From Solirubrobacterales bacterium (GTDB lineage Bacteria > Actinomycetota > Thermoleophilia > Solirubrobacterales > JACPNS01), in the NCBI GenBank assembly GCA_049276635.1, contig JBASWU010000068.1, positions 1 to 55,185 of the forward strand: a stretch of 55,185 bases of DNA. The letters are read 5' to 3'. The notes under the pieces were generated by a model that worked only from the letters and a program-made list of their open reading frames with translations, did no database searches and was not told where the DNA came from. Of the stretch, positions 39,081 to 47,628 are shown in pieces. A program made the translations under genes and the position numbers. Numbering within the stretch: position 1 is the stretch's first letter; each line of letters begins with the position of its first letter.

Positions 39081-39287
39081 ATGACCGATCACAACTACCT
39101 GTCAGACGCCGAGGCCGGCGAGATGATGGACGGCATTCTCGCCGAGGCCAGCGACCCGATGAGTCCCACGGTCACGCCGTTTCTCGCCCTGGGAACCAAC
39201 GACCCCGCAATGGAGATGGTCGACGGTCCCACGACCCCCCAACAGGCGGCGGCGCACGACCTCTGGGAGATGTTCCGCAGACCGTAA
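39081..39287 (+). CDS. Small acidic hypothetical protein
   Basis: 68-aa ORF 185 nt downstream of pccB with a weak ggaagccgagg upstream. No recognisable motif. Confidence 0.3.
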   Translation: MTDHNYLSDAEAGEMMDGILAEASDPMSPTVTPFLALGTNDPAMEMVDGPTTPQQAAAHDLWEMFRRP

Positions 39288-39360
39288 CGCCACGGCCGCC
39301 GGACCACCCGTTCGGCGGCCATGCGCCAGAGCCTCGCTCCCGGACGCGATCTTGGCGTTG

Positions 39361-39389
39361 AAAAAACTCGGGCCCCGTGAGGGGCCCGA
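39361..39389 (-). terminator. Rho-independent terminator (acts on minus-strand transcripts)
   Basis: Perfect 9-bp stem tcgggcccc/ggggcccga with a gtga loop, followed on the minus strand by a U-run (plus-strand aaaaaac at 39361-39367). Confidence 0.7.
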
Positions 39390-39489
39390 AGAAAAGTCGA
39401 ACACAATATGTGTTCTTGTCGGGAACTTTTCTGGGTCCCGTATCTGATCTGTCCCCCGAGAACCAGCCACTCCAAACGAGAATTCTGAT

Positions 39490-39756
39490 TTAGGTTGTAG
39501 TGGTTCGGTGGAGTTCTTCGAACTCCACCGGCGTCAGCATATTCAGGGAGCTATGCCGTCGCCACTTGTTATGGAACAGCTCGATGTATTCGAACATCGC
39601 GTTGGCCAGTTCAACACGGGTATTCCAGGATTTTCGGTTGAGTAGCTCCACTTGCATTCGCGCCCAGAACGACTCCATCATCGCGTGGTCAAGCGCGGTG
39701 CCAGTTCGACCAACCGACGGGTGCAGCCCAGCCTCGGTGACACGCTCGGTAAAGGA
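39490..39756 (-). mobile_element. IS3-family transposase (OrfB, rve integrase core) C-terminal fragment
   Basis: Reads ...ERVTEAGLHPSVGRTGTALDHAMMESFWARMQVELLNRKSWNTRVELANAMFEYIELFHNKWRRHSSLNMLTPVEFEE. An in-frame stop sits at 39757-39759 and no intact upstream part is present. Confidence 0.75.
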
Positions 39757-39832
39757 TCAGGTCAAGGCTGTCCAGTGGAGCGAAGTTCCACGGAGATCGG
39801 GACAATCTCATCAGCTTGCCAGTTCCGACTTA

Positions 39833-40252
39833 TCAAATACACCCAGCTCCAGGATACTCATCCGTGGTGCAGAAGTTGACAACCCATATCACGGCTACTA
39901 AGACTGCATAGGCTGTGGCAAGGCCCCCGGAGCACAACCCGTACAGTGCGGCAGCCATGGTCTTACGGTTTTGAGTCTTCGCTAGTGCAAATGAGGCTGC
40001 GAACGCCAGCGGCACGGACAGTAGGCTGATGTACCACAGCGCTACCCCCTCCGCGTCGCTACTGTCGTCTGAAGCCACTAGTTGTTCAATCCCAAAAACC
40101 CCCAAGCAGACAGTAAAAGAAGCCGGCGGCACAACTACAAGACACCAAACCCAGACGGGTGCCTTACGCAGGAAACTTAGACGGCCGCCATCGCCTACTT
40201 CTGGCGAATCAATCGTCATCCGTAACCACAAACGTCTCCCCACCATGCTCAA
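39833..40252 (-). CDS. Hypothetical membrane protein in a lower-GC island
   Basis: 139-aa ORF with 3-4 hydrophobic segments. A hand count of 39841-39900 gives 31/60 G+C against a much GC-richer background. The start is uncertain (40252 or 40219). Confidence 0.4.
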   Translation of the reverse strand: MSMVGRRLWLRMTIDSPEVGDGGRLSFLRKAPVWVWCLVVVPPASFTVCLGVFGIEQLVASDDSSDAEGVALWYISLLSVPLAFAASFALAKTQNRKTMAAALYGLCSGGLATAYAVLVAVIWVVNFCTTDEYPGAGCI

Positions 40253-40629
40253 GCCGTGCCGACGTGACCGGACGCTGACTCACAACCACGCGGTATGTTG
40301 GCCCTGGGATTACCCATGGAAAGATCGATGTATCGAAGTTGAAATGGTAAGTGGCGTCATTGGGTTTGTAGACCAAATAGCGTGACGGCTGATTGCCATC
40401 CTGGCTAGCAGTGTGTGAGCCACCTATCCCATCGATCACTAAAACAATGTCTGGATTTGCCACAGCGATTTCGTCTGCCGTCAACGCTCGAAAGCGAACT
40501 GGCAATGAATCGCCGTTTCCGCGTACAAACGGATCGGAGCGAACGGTATGTTGCGCACCAAGCGGTGGTAGCCACTGAATCTTGTAAGTGACTGGGCAGG
40601 TTAGTGGCCTGCTCCCCGCCAGAGTTCAC
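40209..40629 (-). pseudogene. 5'-truncated gene fragment of unknown function
   Basis: The frame is open from the stop at 40630-40632 with no ATG/GTG. The only start is a TTG at 40505. It abuts the integrase fragment. Confidence 0.35.
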
Positions 40630-40644
40630 ACCTCAGGCCGCCAG

Positions 40645-40869
40645 TTATTGTAGATCCTCAGGGTAATCCCAGGTCGCTCGCACCTTCTTCGGCGTCCGGT
40701 AGTTGAGGAACTGGTGGGGTCTTCGGTGGTAGCGCTCGACGTAGCCGCCGCGCCGGTGGGTGATCGCCAGCTCGGCGAGCTTTGCCCGGTAGGGTCGTGA
40801 GGTGTAGGCGGTGCCGTTGTCGGTGCCGAGCGTCAAGCCGTGCTCTTTGGTGATGCTGACCTGATCCTG
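40645..40869 (-). mobile_element. Integrase-core (rve/DDE) fragment with an internal deletion
   Basis: Reads ...HGLTLGTDNGTAYTSRPYRAKLAELAITHRRGGY joined directly to VERYHRRPHQFLNYRTPKKV. The segment normally between these motifs is missing, as is the N-terminal catalytic part. Confidence 0.65.
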
Positions 40870-41144
40870 GCGTCGGACACAACGATGATGCCGTCAACCG
40901 TCGGCAGCCCGCGCGCCGGGTTGCCGGGAAAGGAGGTGATCCACTTGACGATCGCCAAGCCGTCCCCGAGGGCCGGCATCGCGCGGAAGTCGCCGTGGGG
41001 CGGAGAGTCGAGGTAAACCTTCGCCGGCATCTTCCAGTCGCCGGCCGCGTAGCGCATGAAGCCGGTGCGAACCTGGGCGATCGCGTCGGCCGGCGAGATC
41101 GCCGCGAACACCGCGTCGCGGCCGATCACCGGTACTCCGGTCAT
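40870..41144 (-). pseudogene. Ornithine cyclodeaminase/mu-crystallin (archaeal-type alanine dehydrogenase) family, N-terminal ~90 aa only
   Basis: MTGVPVIGRDAVFAAISPADAIAQVRTGFMRYAAGDWKMPAKVYLDSPPHGDFRAMPALGDGLAIVKWITSFPGNPARGLPTVDGIIVV, then it runs into the integrase fragment. The Rossmann domain is absent. The junction position is approximate. Confidence 0.7.
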
Positions 41145-41175
41145 CGCGCCGGCCACGTACAGCCGCGGCGGCCGC

Positions 41176-41370
41176 TCACCAGACCCGGCCAGGGTCGGAG
41201 CCGCCGACACCCTCATGCAGCGCGGCGCGCAGCCAGCCGTTGACGACCGCTTCGGCATCAGGGACCGGGCTCGCCGTGTCGGCGAGAAACCGCTCGATCG
41301 CGGCGATCACCGCGGCGGCGTCTTCGGCCGAAGGCGCGGGGTTGAGCGAGTACGCGTCGTCGTCAGGCAT
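41176..41370 (-). CDS. Small hypothetical protein
   Basis: 64 aa starting MPDDDAYSLNPAPSAEDAAAVIAAIERFL, 31 nt upstream of the OCD fragment and divergent from the Fic gene. Confidence 0.35.
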   Translation of the reverse strand: MPDDDAYSLNPAPSAEDAAAVIAAIERFLADTASPVPDAEAVVNGWLRAALHEGVGGSDPGRVW

Positions 41371-41418
41371 GATCTCGCAGCAGATTAGCCGCAAGCAGCC
41401 GGGAGAACGGCTTTGCCT

Positions 41419-41507
41419 AATCGCTTGATATCTGCACAATCGCTTGCTTATTCGCTCGAAATCGTCATTTTGGTTTGCTTATTCGTTCCAAGTCGTGTAG
41501 AAACGAC
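41419..41507. promoter_or_regulatory. Repeat-rich AT-richer promoter/operator region upstream of the Fic gene
   Basis: AATCGCTTG at 41419 and 41438. TTGCTTATTCG at 41444 and 41475. Inverted repeat gtcgt/acgac at 41492-41507, just before the ATG at 41510. Confidence 0.45.
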
Positions 41508-41509
41508 GA

Positions 41510-43003
41510 ATGGCTCGCGCAAAATCGTTCCAAAACCGCTGGTTCGATGAGGAAGTCTTCCGTCCGGAAGACCATCAGAACGCCGCGCGCGCGGCTCGGC
41601 GCGGGGAGCTCCGGCGAATCAGCAAAGGTGTCTACACCGCCAATACCGCGGAGCCGATCGAGCGGGTCGTGCGGCGCAATTGGCTCGAGGTCGCCGGCCT
41701 GTGGTTCCCGGGAGCGGTCATCTCGGGCCGAAGCGCCGTGCTCGCCCGGCCGACCGATGACGGCGTCTTGTTCATCGACGCCGGCCCCGGCTACTCGACC
41801 AACCGCACGGTCGACGTTCACGGACTGAGACTCAGCGCGATCCGGGGGCCCGGCCCGCTTCCGGGCGACACGCCGTTGAAGCGCATATACCGCTCCGGGC
41901 AGGCACGAATCGCACTCGAGAACTGCCGGCCGTCGCGGCGTCGCGGCACCGCGACTCGAACGCTTTCACGGGAGGAGCTCGAGAACTGGCTCGACCGGAT
42001 AGCGGCGCGCCAGGGAAGCGACGAGCTCGACCGCATTCGGAACCAGGCCCGGTCGCTCGCGCGGCGGGTCGGCGGCGACTGGCTGCGTTGGTTCGAGACG
42101 CTCGACGGTCTGATCGGCGCGCTGCGCGACACGAGTGAAGTCGCGCTGCAGACGCCCGCCGGAATCGCGCGCGGTCGCGGCCGGGCGTTCGACGTAGCCC
42201 GCCTCGAACAGTTCGATCGGTTGCGAACGGAGCTGCTCGCCTACAGACCCCTCGACTCGCCGGAGGTCGACGACCCAAATCAGATCTTCGCCTTCTTCGA
42301 GGCGTACTTCTCCAACTTCATCGAGGGCACGGAGTTCACGGTCGGCGAGGCCGAGCGAATCGTCTTCGACGGCCGGATCCCCGGGGATCGGCCGGCCGAC
42401 GCACACGACGTGCTGAGTACGTTCAAACTCGCCGTCGATCCGGCATGGCGGATCGCCACACCAAGCTCGGCCGACGAACTGATCGCTTTGGCCCGGCGAA
42501 TCAACGCGCGGGTGCTGCATGAGCGTCCCGAAAAACGTCTGGGCGAGTTCAAGGAGGTCGCCAATCGCGCCGGCGCGACAACGTTCGTCGCCCCGGAGCT
42601 CGTTGCCGGAACTCTCCATCAAGGCTGGCGCTTCTACGAGAGTCTCCCGGAGGGGTTCGCCCGAGCCGTGTTCGTCAAGTATCTGATCGCCGAGGTGCAT
42701 CCGTTCGCCGACGGCAACGGGCGGACGGCTCGGCTGATGCTCAACGCCGAACTCAGCGCCGGGGGCCAGGCTCGTTTCATCGTGCCCCACGCCTACCGCG
42801 AGGACTACCTCGGCGCGATGCGCGCGATGTCGATTCGCTCAGACCCGTCGGCGATGATCCGGATGATCGAACGCATCCTCGGCTGGGTCACGAGGTTCGA
42901 CTGGCGTGATCTTCCGTCGGTACGAGGCTCACTCGAGCGCACGAACGCGCTGCTTGAGAAGAACGAGTATGACGCCGGCGATCTCCGGCTGCTGGACCCG
43001 TAG
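41510..43003 (+). CDS. Fic-domain protein (AMPylator-type motif) with an N-terminal AbiEi-like winged-helix region
   Basis: 497 aa. Fic motif HPFADGNGRTAR, inhibitory-helix motif SNFIEG upstream in the same chain, and an N-terminal RRGELRRISKGVYT...AVISGRSAVL pattern. Confidence 0.88.
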   Translation: MARAKSFQNRWFDEEVFRPEDHQNAARAARRGELRRISKGVYTANTAEPIERVVRRNWLEVAGLWFPGAVISGRSAVLARPTDDGVLFIDAGPGYSTNRTVDVHGLRLSAIRGPGPLPGDTPLKRIYRSGQARIALENCRPSRRRGTATRTLSREELENWLDRIAARQGSDELDRIRNQARSLARRVGGDWLRWFETLDGLIGALRDTSEVALQTPAGIARGRGRAFDVARLEQFDRLRTELLAYRPLDSPEVDDPNQIFAFFEAYFSNFIEGTEFTVGEAERIVFDGRIPGDRPADAHDVLSTFKLAVDPAWRIATPSSADELIALARRINARVLHERPEKRLGEFKEVANRAGATTFVAPELVAGTLHQGWRFYESLPEGFARAVFVKYLIAEVHPFADGNGRTARLMLNAELSAGGQARFIVPHAYREDYLGAMRAMSIRSDPSAMIRMIERILGWVTRFDWRDLPSVRGSLERTNALLEKNEYDAGDLRLLDP

Positions 43004-43265
43004 CCGAGGTCACGAGTCGATCGATCGAGCGTCGATCGCGCCGGCGGACAAAAGTATTTTCGCGATTGATCGCAATGGTGGCCGCTTCTCGCTATCCTGT
43101 AAATACCGTAAAAGAGGTCGGATAGGTCAGGATTTGACCGATCCCGCCGATAAGGACCGTAAGCGCCGCACGGCGACCGCCAGGCGCCTGCGCCCCGGGC
43201 CCAACCGCCCACCCCACCCGTTCAAGTCTTAACGCTCGACCAGGAACAAGGAGACAAGTCGCCCC

Positions 43266-45065
43266 ATGGAGCCCGCCACGACTGCGCAGAAGACCGGTTC
43301 GATCGACAACCCGGAGGTTTACTCCAGCGCCCCCGGCAAGGTGATTCCGATCCTCGAACAGGAATTCGACGACTTCGAGACCGAGGCGGTCAAATTCCTC
43401 GACGGTCAGATCGAAGAACCGGCCTACATCGGCTTCCGCCTCAAGCAGGGCGTCTACGGACAGCGTCAGCCCGGCGTCAACATGACGCGGGTGAAGCTGC
43501 CGTTCGGCGGGATCAGCGCCGACCAGCTCGATTCCTTCGGCGACATCGCCGAGCGGTTCGCGCCGCTCAAGAAGGCGCACATTACGACACGCCAGGCGGT
43601 TCAGATTCACCACATCCCACTCGCGCGGATGCACGAGGTGCTGCGCCACCTCAGTCTCACCGGGCTGTCCAGCCGCGAGGGCTGCGGCAACACCGTCCGC
43701 AACGTCAGCGGCGATCCGTACGCCGGCATCCTCGAGGGCGAGGTCTTCGACCCGACGCCGTGGGCCGGTTCGTTCGTGCGTTACTTCGTGCGCAACGAGC
43801 TCACCCAGTTGCTGCCGCGTAAGTGCAAGGTCGCGTTCTCCGGTTTCCCGGACAACCGCTCGCTCACGCAGATCCACGACATCGCCTTCGAGTCGGTCAT
43901 CGAAGATGGCGTCAAGGGCTTCAAGGTCCTCGTCGGCGGCGGCACGTCGATCTTCCCGCGGCTGGCGCCGACGCTGTTCGAGTTCGTCCCGATGGACGAG
44001 TACCTCAAGGTCTCCGAGGCCGTGCTGAGGATCTTCAACCGCCGCGACGAACTGCGCGTCAACCGCGCCCGCGCCCGCATCAAGGTCTACATCGACCGCA
44101 TCGGCATCGAGGCCTTCCGCGCCGAGGTGATCGAGGAGATGAAGGGCGACTGGACCGGCGAGCGCAACTTCGACCCCGAGCCGCTGCTCTGGACCGACGA
44201 CGAAGAGGCCGACGCCCCGCCGGTCCCGGCCGGCCTGTCCAGCCCCAACGGCGACCTTTCGGCCTTCGAGGAATTCTGCCGGCACAACGTGCTGCGCCAG
44301 AAGCAGGACGGCTACAGCGCCGTCGCGATCAAAGTCTTTCGCGGCGATCTCACACCCGAGCAGTGGCACGGCGTCGCCGACATCCTGCGCACCTACGCCA
44401 GCGGCCGCGCGCGCACGACACAGACGCAGAACCTCGTTCTGCGCTGGGTGCCCAACGAGGCCGTCTACGAGGTCTGGTCCAGGCTCGCGGCACTCGGCCT
44501 CGGCGATCCCGGCGTCGACACCGTCCAAGACGTCGTCAGCTGCCCCGGCACCGATAGCTGCAAGCTCGGCATCACCTCCTCGATGGGCCTCAACGCCGCC
44601 GTTCACGAGCGCCTCGCGCAGATGAACATCACCGACCCGCTGACGAAAAAGACGATCGTGCGCATGAGCGGCTGCCCCAACGGCTGCTCGCAGCACCACA
44701 TCGCCTCGATCGGCTTCAACGGCGCCTCGATGAAGATCAACGGCAAGCAGGTCCCGGCATACCTCGTGCAGATCGGCGGCCGCGGAGCCGACGGCAAGGT
44801 CAACTTCGGGCACCGCCTCAAGCTGCGCCTCCCGGCCAAGCGCGTCCCCGACGCGGTCGAGCGCTGGCTGCGTTTCTACGAGAGCGACCGCCAGGGCGAA
44901 GAGGAGTTCTCCGACTTCGCCGACCGCGTCGGCACCGAGCCGTTCGAGGCCCTGGCCAAGGATCTCGCCCTGGCCGTCTCCGGCGAAGGCGATGAGCTGT
45001 TCGTCGACTGGCAGCGCACCGAGCTCTTCAAGGTCGAGCGCGGCGAAGGCGAGTGCGCGGTCTAG
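43266..45065 (+). CDS. sirA: Ferredoxin-dependent sulfite reductase (nitrite/sulfite reductase family, siroheme-[4Fe-4S])
   Basis: 599 aa with aaggaga SD. Cys cluster motifs CPGTDSCKLG and SGCPNGCSQH. Sits first in the sulfate-assimilation operon. Confidence 0.88.
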   Translation: MEPATTAQKTGSIDNPEVYSSAPGKVIPILEQEFDDFETEAVKFLDGQIEEPAYIGFRLKQGVYGQRQPGVNMTRVKLPFGGISADQLDSFGDIAERFAPLKKAHITTRQAVQIHHIPLARMHEVLRHLSLTGLSSREGCGNTVRNVSGDPYAGILEGEVFDPTPWAGSFVRYFVRNELTQLLPRKCKVAFSGFPDNRSLTQIHDIAFESVIEDGVKGFKVLVGGGTSIFPRLAPTLFEFVPMDEYLKVSEAVLRIFNRRDELRVNRARARIKVYIDRIGIEAFRAEVIEEMKGDWTGERNFDPEPLLWTDDEEADAPPVPAGLSSPNGDLSAFEEFCRHNVLRQKQDGYSAVAIKVFRGDLTPEQWHGVADILRTYASGRARTTQTQNLVLRWVPNEAVYEVWSRLAALGLGDPGVDTVQDVVSCPGTDSCKLGITSSMGLNAAVHERLAQMNITDPLTKKTIVRMSGCPNGCSQHHIASIGFNGASMKINGKQVPAYLVQIGGRGADGKVNFGHRLKLRLPAKRVPDAVERWLRFYESDRQGEEEFSDFADRVGTEPFEALAKDLALAVSGEGDELFVDWQRTELFKVERGEGECAV

Positions 45066-45090
45066 GGCCGCGCTCAAGGAGGCAACAGAA

Positions 45091-45840
45091 ATGACCCCGT
45101 TCGAAACAGCACCGGCACCGCTCGAGCCCGGCTATATCGAGGCGACGACCCCGCTGTTCACCCCCGACCCGCAGGTCCCCGGCAACCCGTCGGTCGATCT
45201 CGACAGCGGCTCGGCGCAGGACATCCTGCGCTACGCGGTGGACCAGTTTCACCCGCGCCTTTACGTCGCCTCCTCGTTCCAGAAGGAGGCCTCGGTGATC
45301 CTCGACATGCTGCTCAAGATCGAGCCCGGCGCGCGTTTCTTCACGATCGACACCGGCAACCTCTTCCCCGAGACACTCGACGTCTGGCGCCGCATCGAGG
45401 AGCGCTACGACGTGAGGATCGACGTCTACAACGCGACCGACTTCGCCCCGGCGTCGATCCTCGCGCAGTCGACCCCCGAGAACACCTGGGCCGGCGAGTC
45501 CGATCAGTGCTGCGGCAAGTACAAGGTCGCCGCGCTGCAAGCGGCTCTGCTCAACGTGGACGCCTGGGTCACCGGCCTGCGCAAGGAGCAGGCCCACACC
45601 CGCGCGCAGACGCGCAAGGTGCAGTGGGACGGCAAGAACGGCCGCTGGAAGGTCTGCCCGCTGACCGACTGGACCGAGAACGACGTCTGGAATTACATCC
45701 AGGAGCACGACGTCCCATACAACGATTTGCACGATCGCGGTTACCCCTCGATCGGCTGCACGGCCTGCACCCAGCCCGGATCCGGCCGCGAGGGCCGCTG
45801 GGCCGGGAGCGACAAGACCGAATGCGGGCTGCACGGGTAA
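45091..45840 (+). CDS. cysH: Adenylylsulfate (APS) reductase, thioredoxin-dependent, Fe-S type
   Basis: ATG 45091 with aaggagg SD. CC...CxxC cluster cysteines (QCCGKYKV, IGCTACTQ) and the C-terminal catalytic ECGLH. Confidence 0.9.
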   Translation: MTPFETAPAPLEPGYIEATTPLFTPDPQVPGNPSVDLDSGSAQDILRYAVDQFHPRLYVASSFQKEASVILDMLLKIEPGARFFTIDTGNLFPETLDVWRRIEERYDVRIDVYNATDFAPASILAQSTPENTWAGESDQCCGKYKVAALQAALLNVDAWVTGLRKEQAHTRAQTRKVQWDGKNGRWKVCPLTDWTENDVWNYIQEHDVPYNDLHDRGYPSIGCTACTQPGSGREGRWAGSDKTECGLHG

Positions 45841-45957
45841 CAACCGGGAGCTTCCGCCCCTTATTTATCTCAAAACGGCCGGTCAACAGCGGCCCGACAA
45901 CGGTTTTCTCGCCGCCCATCTGAGGTCGTGCGGAGAAACCTCACACCACTAAGGAGC

Positions 45958-46533
45958 ATGATGAGCAGTACAGAGCAAAAGGGATTCGTCCTCTGGTTTA
46001 CAGGACTGTCAGGAGCAGGCAAGACGACGATCGCCGACATCGTCGAGGCGCGCCTGCGCGAGCTCGGCAGCAAGATCGAAGTCTTAGACGGCGACGTCGT
46101 TCGCACCCATCTCAGCAAGGGACTCGGCTTTTCACGCGAGGACCGCGACACCAATATCGCCCGTATCGCCTTTGTGGCCAACCTGCTGGCTCGCAACGAC
46201 GTGCCGGTGATCACCGCGGCGATCTCTCCGTACGCCGCCACGCGCGACGCCGCCCGCGAACTGATCGGCGACGACAAGTTCATCGAGATCCACGTCGCCA
46301 CGTCGCTCGAAGAGTGCGAGGCGCGCGACACCAAGGGCCTCTACGCCAAGGCTCGCTCCGGCGAGATCAAGGAGTTCACCGGGATCAGCGATCCGTATGA
46401 GGCGCCGGTCAACCCTGAGATCACGATCCAGACCGAGGGCTCGACGCCCGACGAGTCGGCCGAGCGGATCTTCGAATACCTCGAAGCCAACGGCTTGCTC
46501 GCCGGCGCGCGCGAAGGAGCGCTGGCTCAATGA
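45958..46533 (+). CDS. cysC: Adenylylsulfate kinase
   Basis: ATG 45958 preceded by aaggag. P-loop [16 protein letters not shown], and [22 protein letters not shown]. Confidence 0.9.
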   Translation: MMSSTEQKGFVLWFTGLSGAGKTTIADIVEARLRELGSKIEVLDGDVVRTHLSKGLGFSREDRDTNIARIAFVANLLARNDVPVITAAISPYAATRDAARELIGDDKFIEIHVATSLEECEARDTKGLYAKARSGEIKEFTGISDPYEAPVNPEITIQTEGSTPDESAERIFEYLEANGLLAGAREGALAQ

Positions 46534-47591
46534 CGCAGATCAAGCTTTCAGCGAAGCAGACGGCGGACTTTGAACTGCTCGCCAACGACGGATTCGCGCC
46601 CCTGACCGGCTTTCAAGGCCAGGCCGACTACGACAACGTCGTCGACAACATGCGGCTCGCCGACAACCAGCCGTGGTCGATCCCGGTCGTGCTCGGCGCC
46701 GACAGCGGTGAAGTCGGCGAAACCGTCGAGTTGATCGGCAGCCAAGACGAAGCGCTCGGCACGATCACGATCGAAGAGGTCTTCGAGCGCGATCTCAAGC
46801 GCGAGGCCGAGCGGGTCTACCGCACCACCGACGACGCCCACCCCGGCGTAGCCGCGCTCTACGGCGAGTCCAGCCGCGTGATCGCCGGCCCGATCGATTC
46901 GCGGGCGCTGCCCAATCACATCGACATCGTCCAGCCATACCTGCTGACCCCGGCCAAGACCAAGGCCGAGTTCGCCAAGCGCGGCTGGAAGACCATCGTC
47001 GGTTTTCAGACCCGCAACCCGATCCACCGCGCTCACGAGTACATCACCAAGGTGGCGCTCGAGGGCGTCGACGGCCTGTTTCTGCACCCGCTGGTCGGCG
47101 AGACCAAGAGCGACGACATCGACGCCGAGACGCGCATGCGTTGCTACGAGGTGCTGATCGACGGCTACTACGTCAAGGAGCGCGTCGTGCTCGGCGTCAA
47201 CCCGGCCGCGATGCGTTACGCCGGCCCGCGCGAGGCGATCTTCCACGCGCTGGTACGCCGTAACTACGGCTGCACGCACTTCATCGTCGGCCGCGACCAC
47301 GCCGGCGTCGGCGACTACTACGGCACCTTCGACGCGCAGCACATCTTCGACGAGTTCGAGCCCGGTGAGCTGGGTATCGAGCCGCTGAAGTTCGAGCACT
47401 CGTTCTGGTGCAACCTGACCGGATCGATGGCCACAAGCAAGACGTCGCCGGCCGGCCCGGAGGACAAGGTCTTTCTCAGCGGTACCGCGGTGCGCGAAAT
47501 GCTCGTCCGCGGCGAGCGCCCGCCGGCCGAGTTCACGCGGCCCGAGGTCGCCGACGTCCTGATCGACGCGATGGCGGGAGTCCCGGCCTAG
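46530..47591 (+). CDS. sat: Sulfate adenylyltransferase (Sat-type ATP sulfurylase)
   Basis: 353 aa with an ATGA overlap with cysC. Motifs [12 protein letters not shown] and GRDHAGVG. Confidence 0.9.
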   Translation: MTQIKLSAKQTADFELLANDGFAPLTGFQGQADYDNVVDNMRLADNQPWSIPVVLGADSGEVGETVELIGSQDEALGTITIEEVFERDLKREAERVYRTTDDAHPGVAALYGESSRVIAGPIDSRALPNHIDIVQPYLLTPAKTKAEFAKRGWKTIVGFQTRNPIHRAHEYITKVALEGVDGLFLHPLVGETKSDDIDAETRMRCYEVLIDGYYVKERVVLGVNPAAMRYAGPREAIFHALVRRNYGCTHFIVGRDHAGVGDYYGTFDAQHIFDEFEPGELGIEPLKFEHSFWCNLTGSMATSKTSPAGPEDKVFLSGTAVREMLVRGERPPAEFTRPEVADVLIDAMAGVPA

Positions 47592-47628
47592 CCGCCTCGG
47601 CGCCGGGCCGCGACCAAAGGGTTAGAAC

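Noticed and set aside
39081-39287. Small ORF downstream of pccB, considered as the acyl-CoA carboxylase epsilon subunit (PccE/AccE).
   Set aside because: It lies 185 nt away from pccB, and the sequence is acidic and lacks the N-terminal (V)RG-NPT-EE-LAA pattern I associate with epsilon subunits. It is reported only as a low-confidence hypothetical ORF.
39399-39415. Palindrome GAACACA-ATA-TGTGTTC next to the IS3 fragment, considered as an IS terminal inverted repeat or a LexA-like box.
   Set aside because: It is a single copy with no matching partner at the other side of the fragment, and its spacing is wrong for GAAC-N4-GTTC. Its function cannot be determined.
41176-41370. 64-aa ORF with LNPAPSAEDAAAVIAAIERFL, which loosely recalls the NPTxEELAA motif of acyl-CoA carboxylase epsilon subunits.
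   Set aside because: It is on the opposite strand from pccB, separated from it by the insertion scar, and positioned as the first gene of the OCD operon. The similarity is too short to trust without an HMM search.
43100-43265. sirA leader, considered as a SAM or other sulfur-metabolite riboswitch.
   Set aside because: I could find no match to the conserved cores of the SAM-I, SAM-II or SAM-IV riboswitches as I remember them. A covariance-model scan is needed before any such call.
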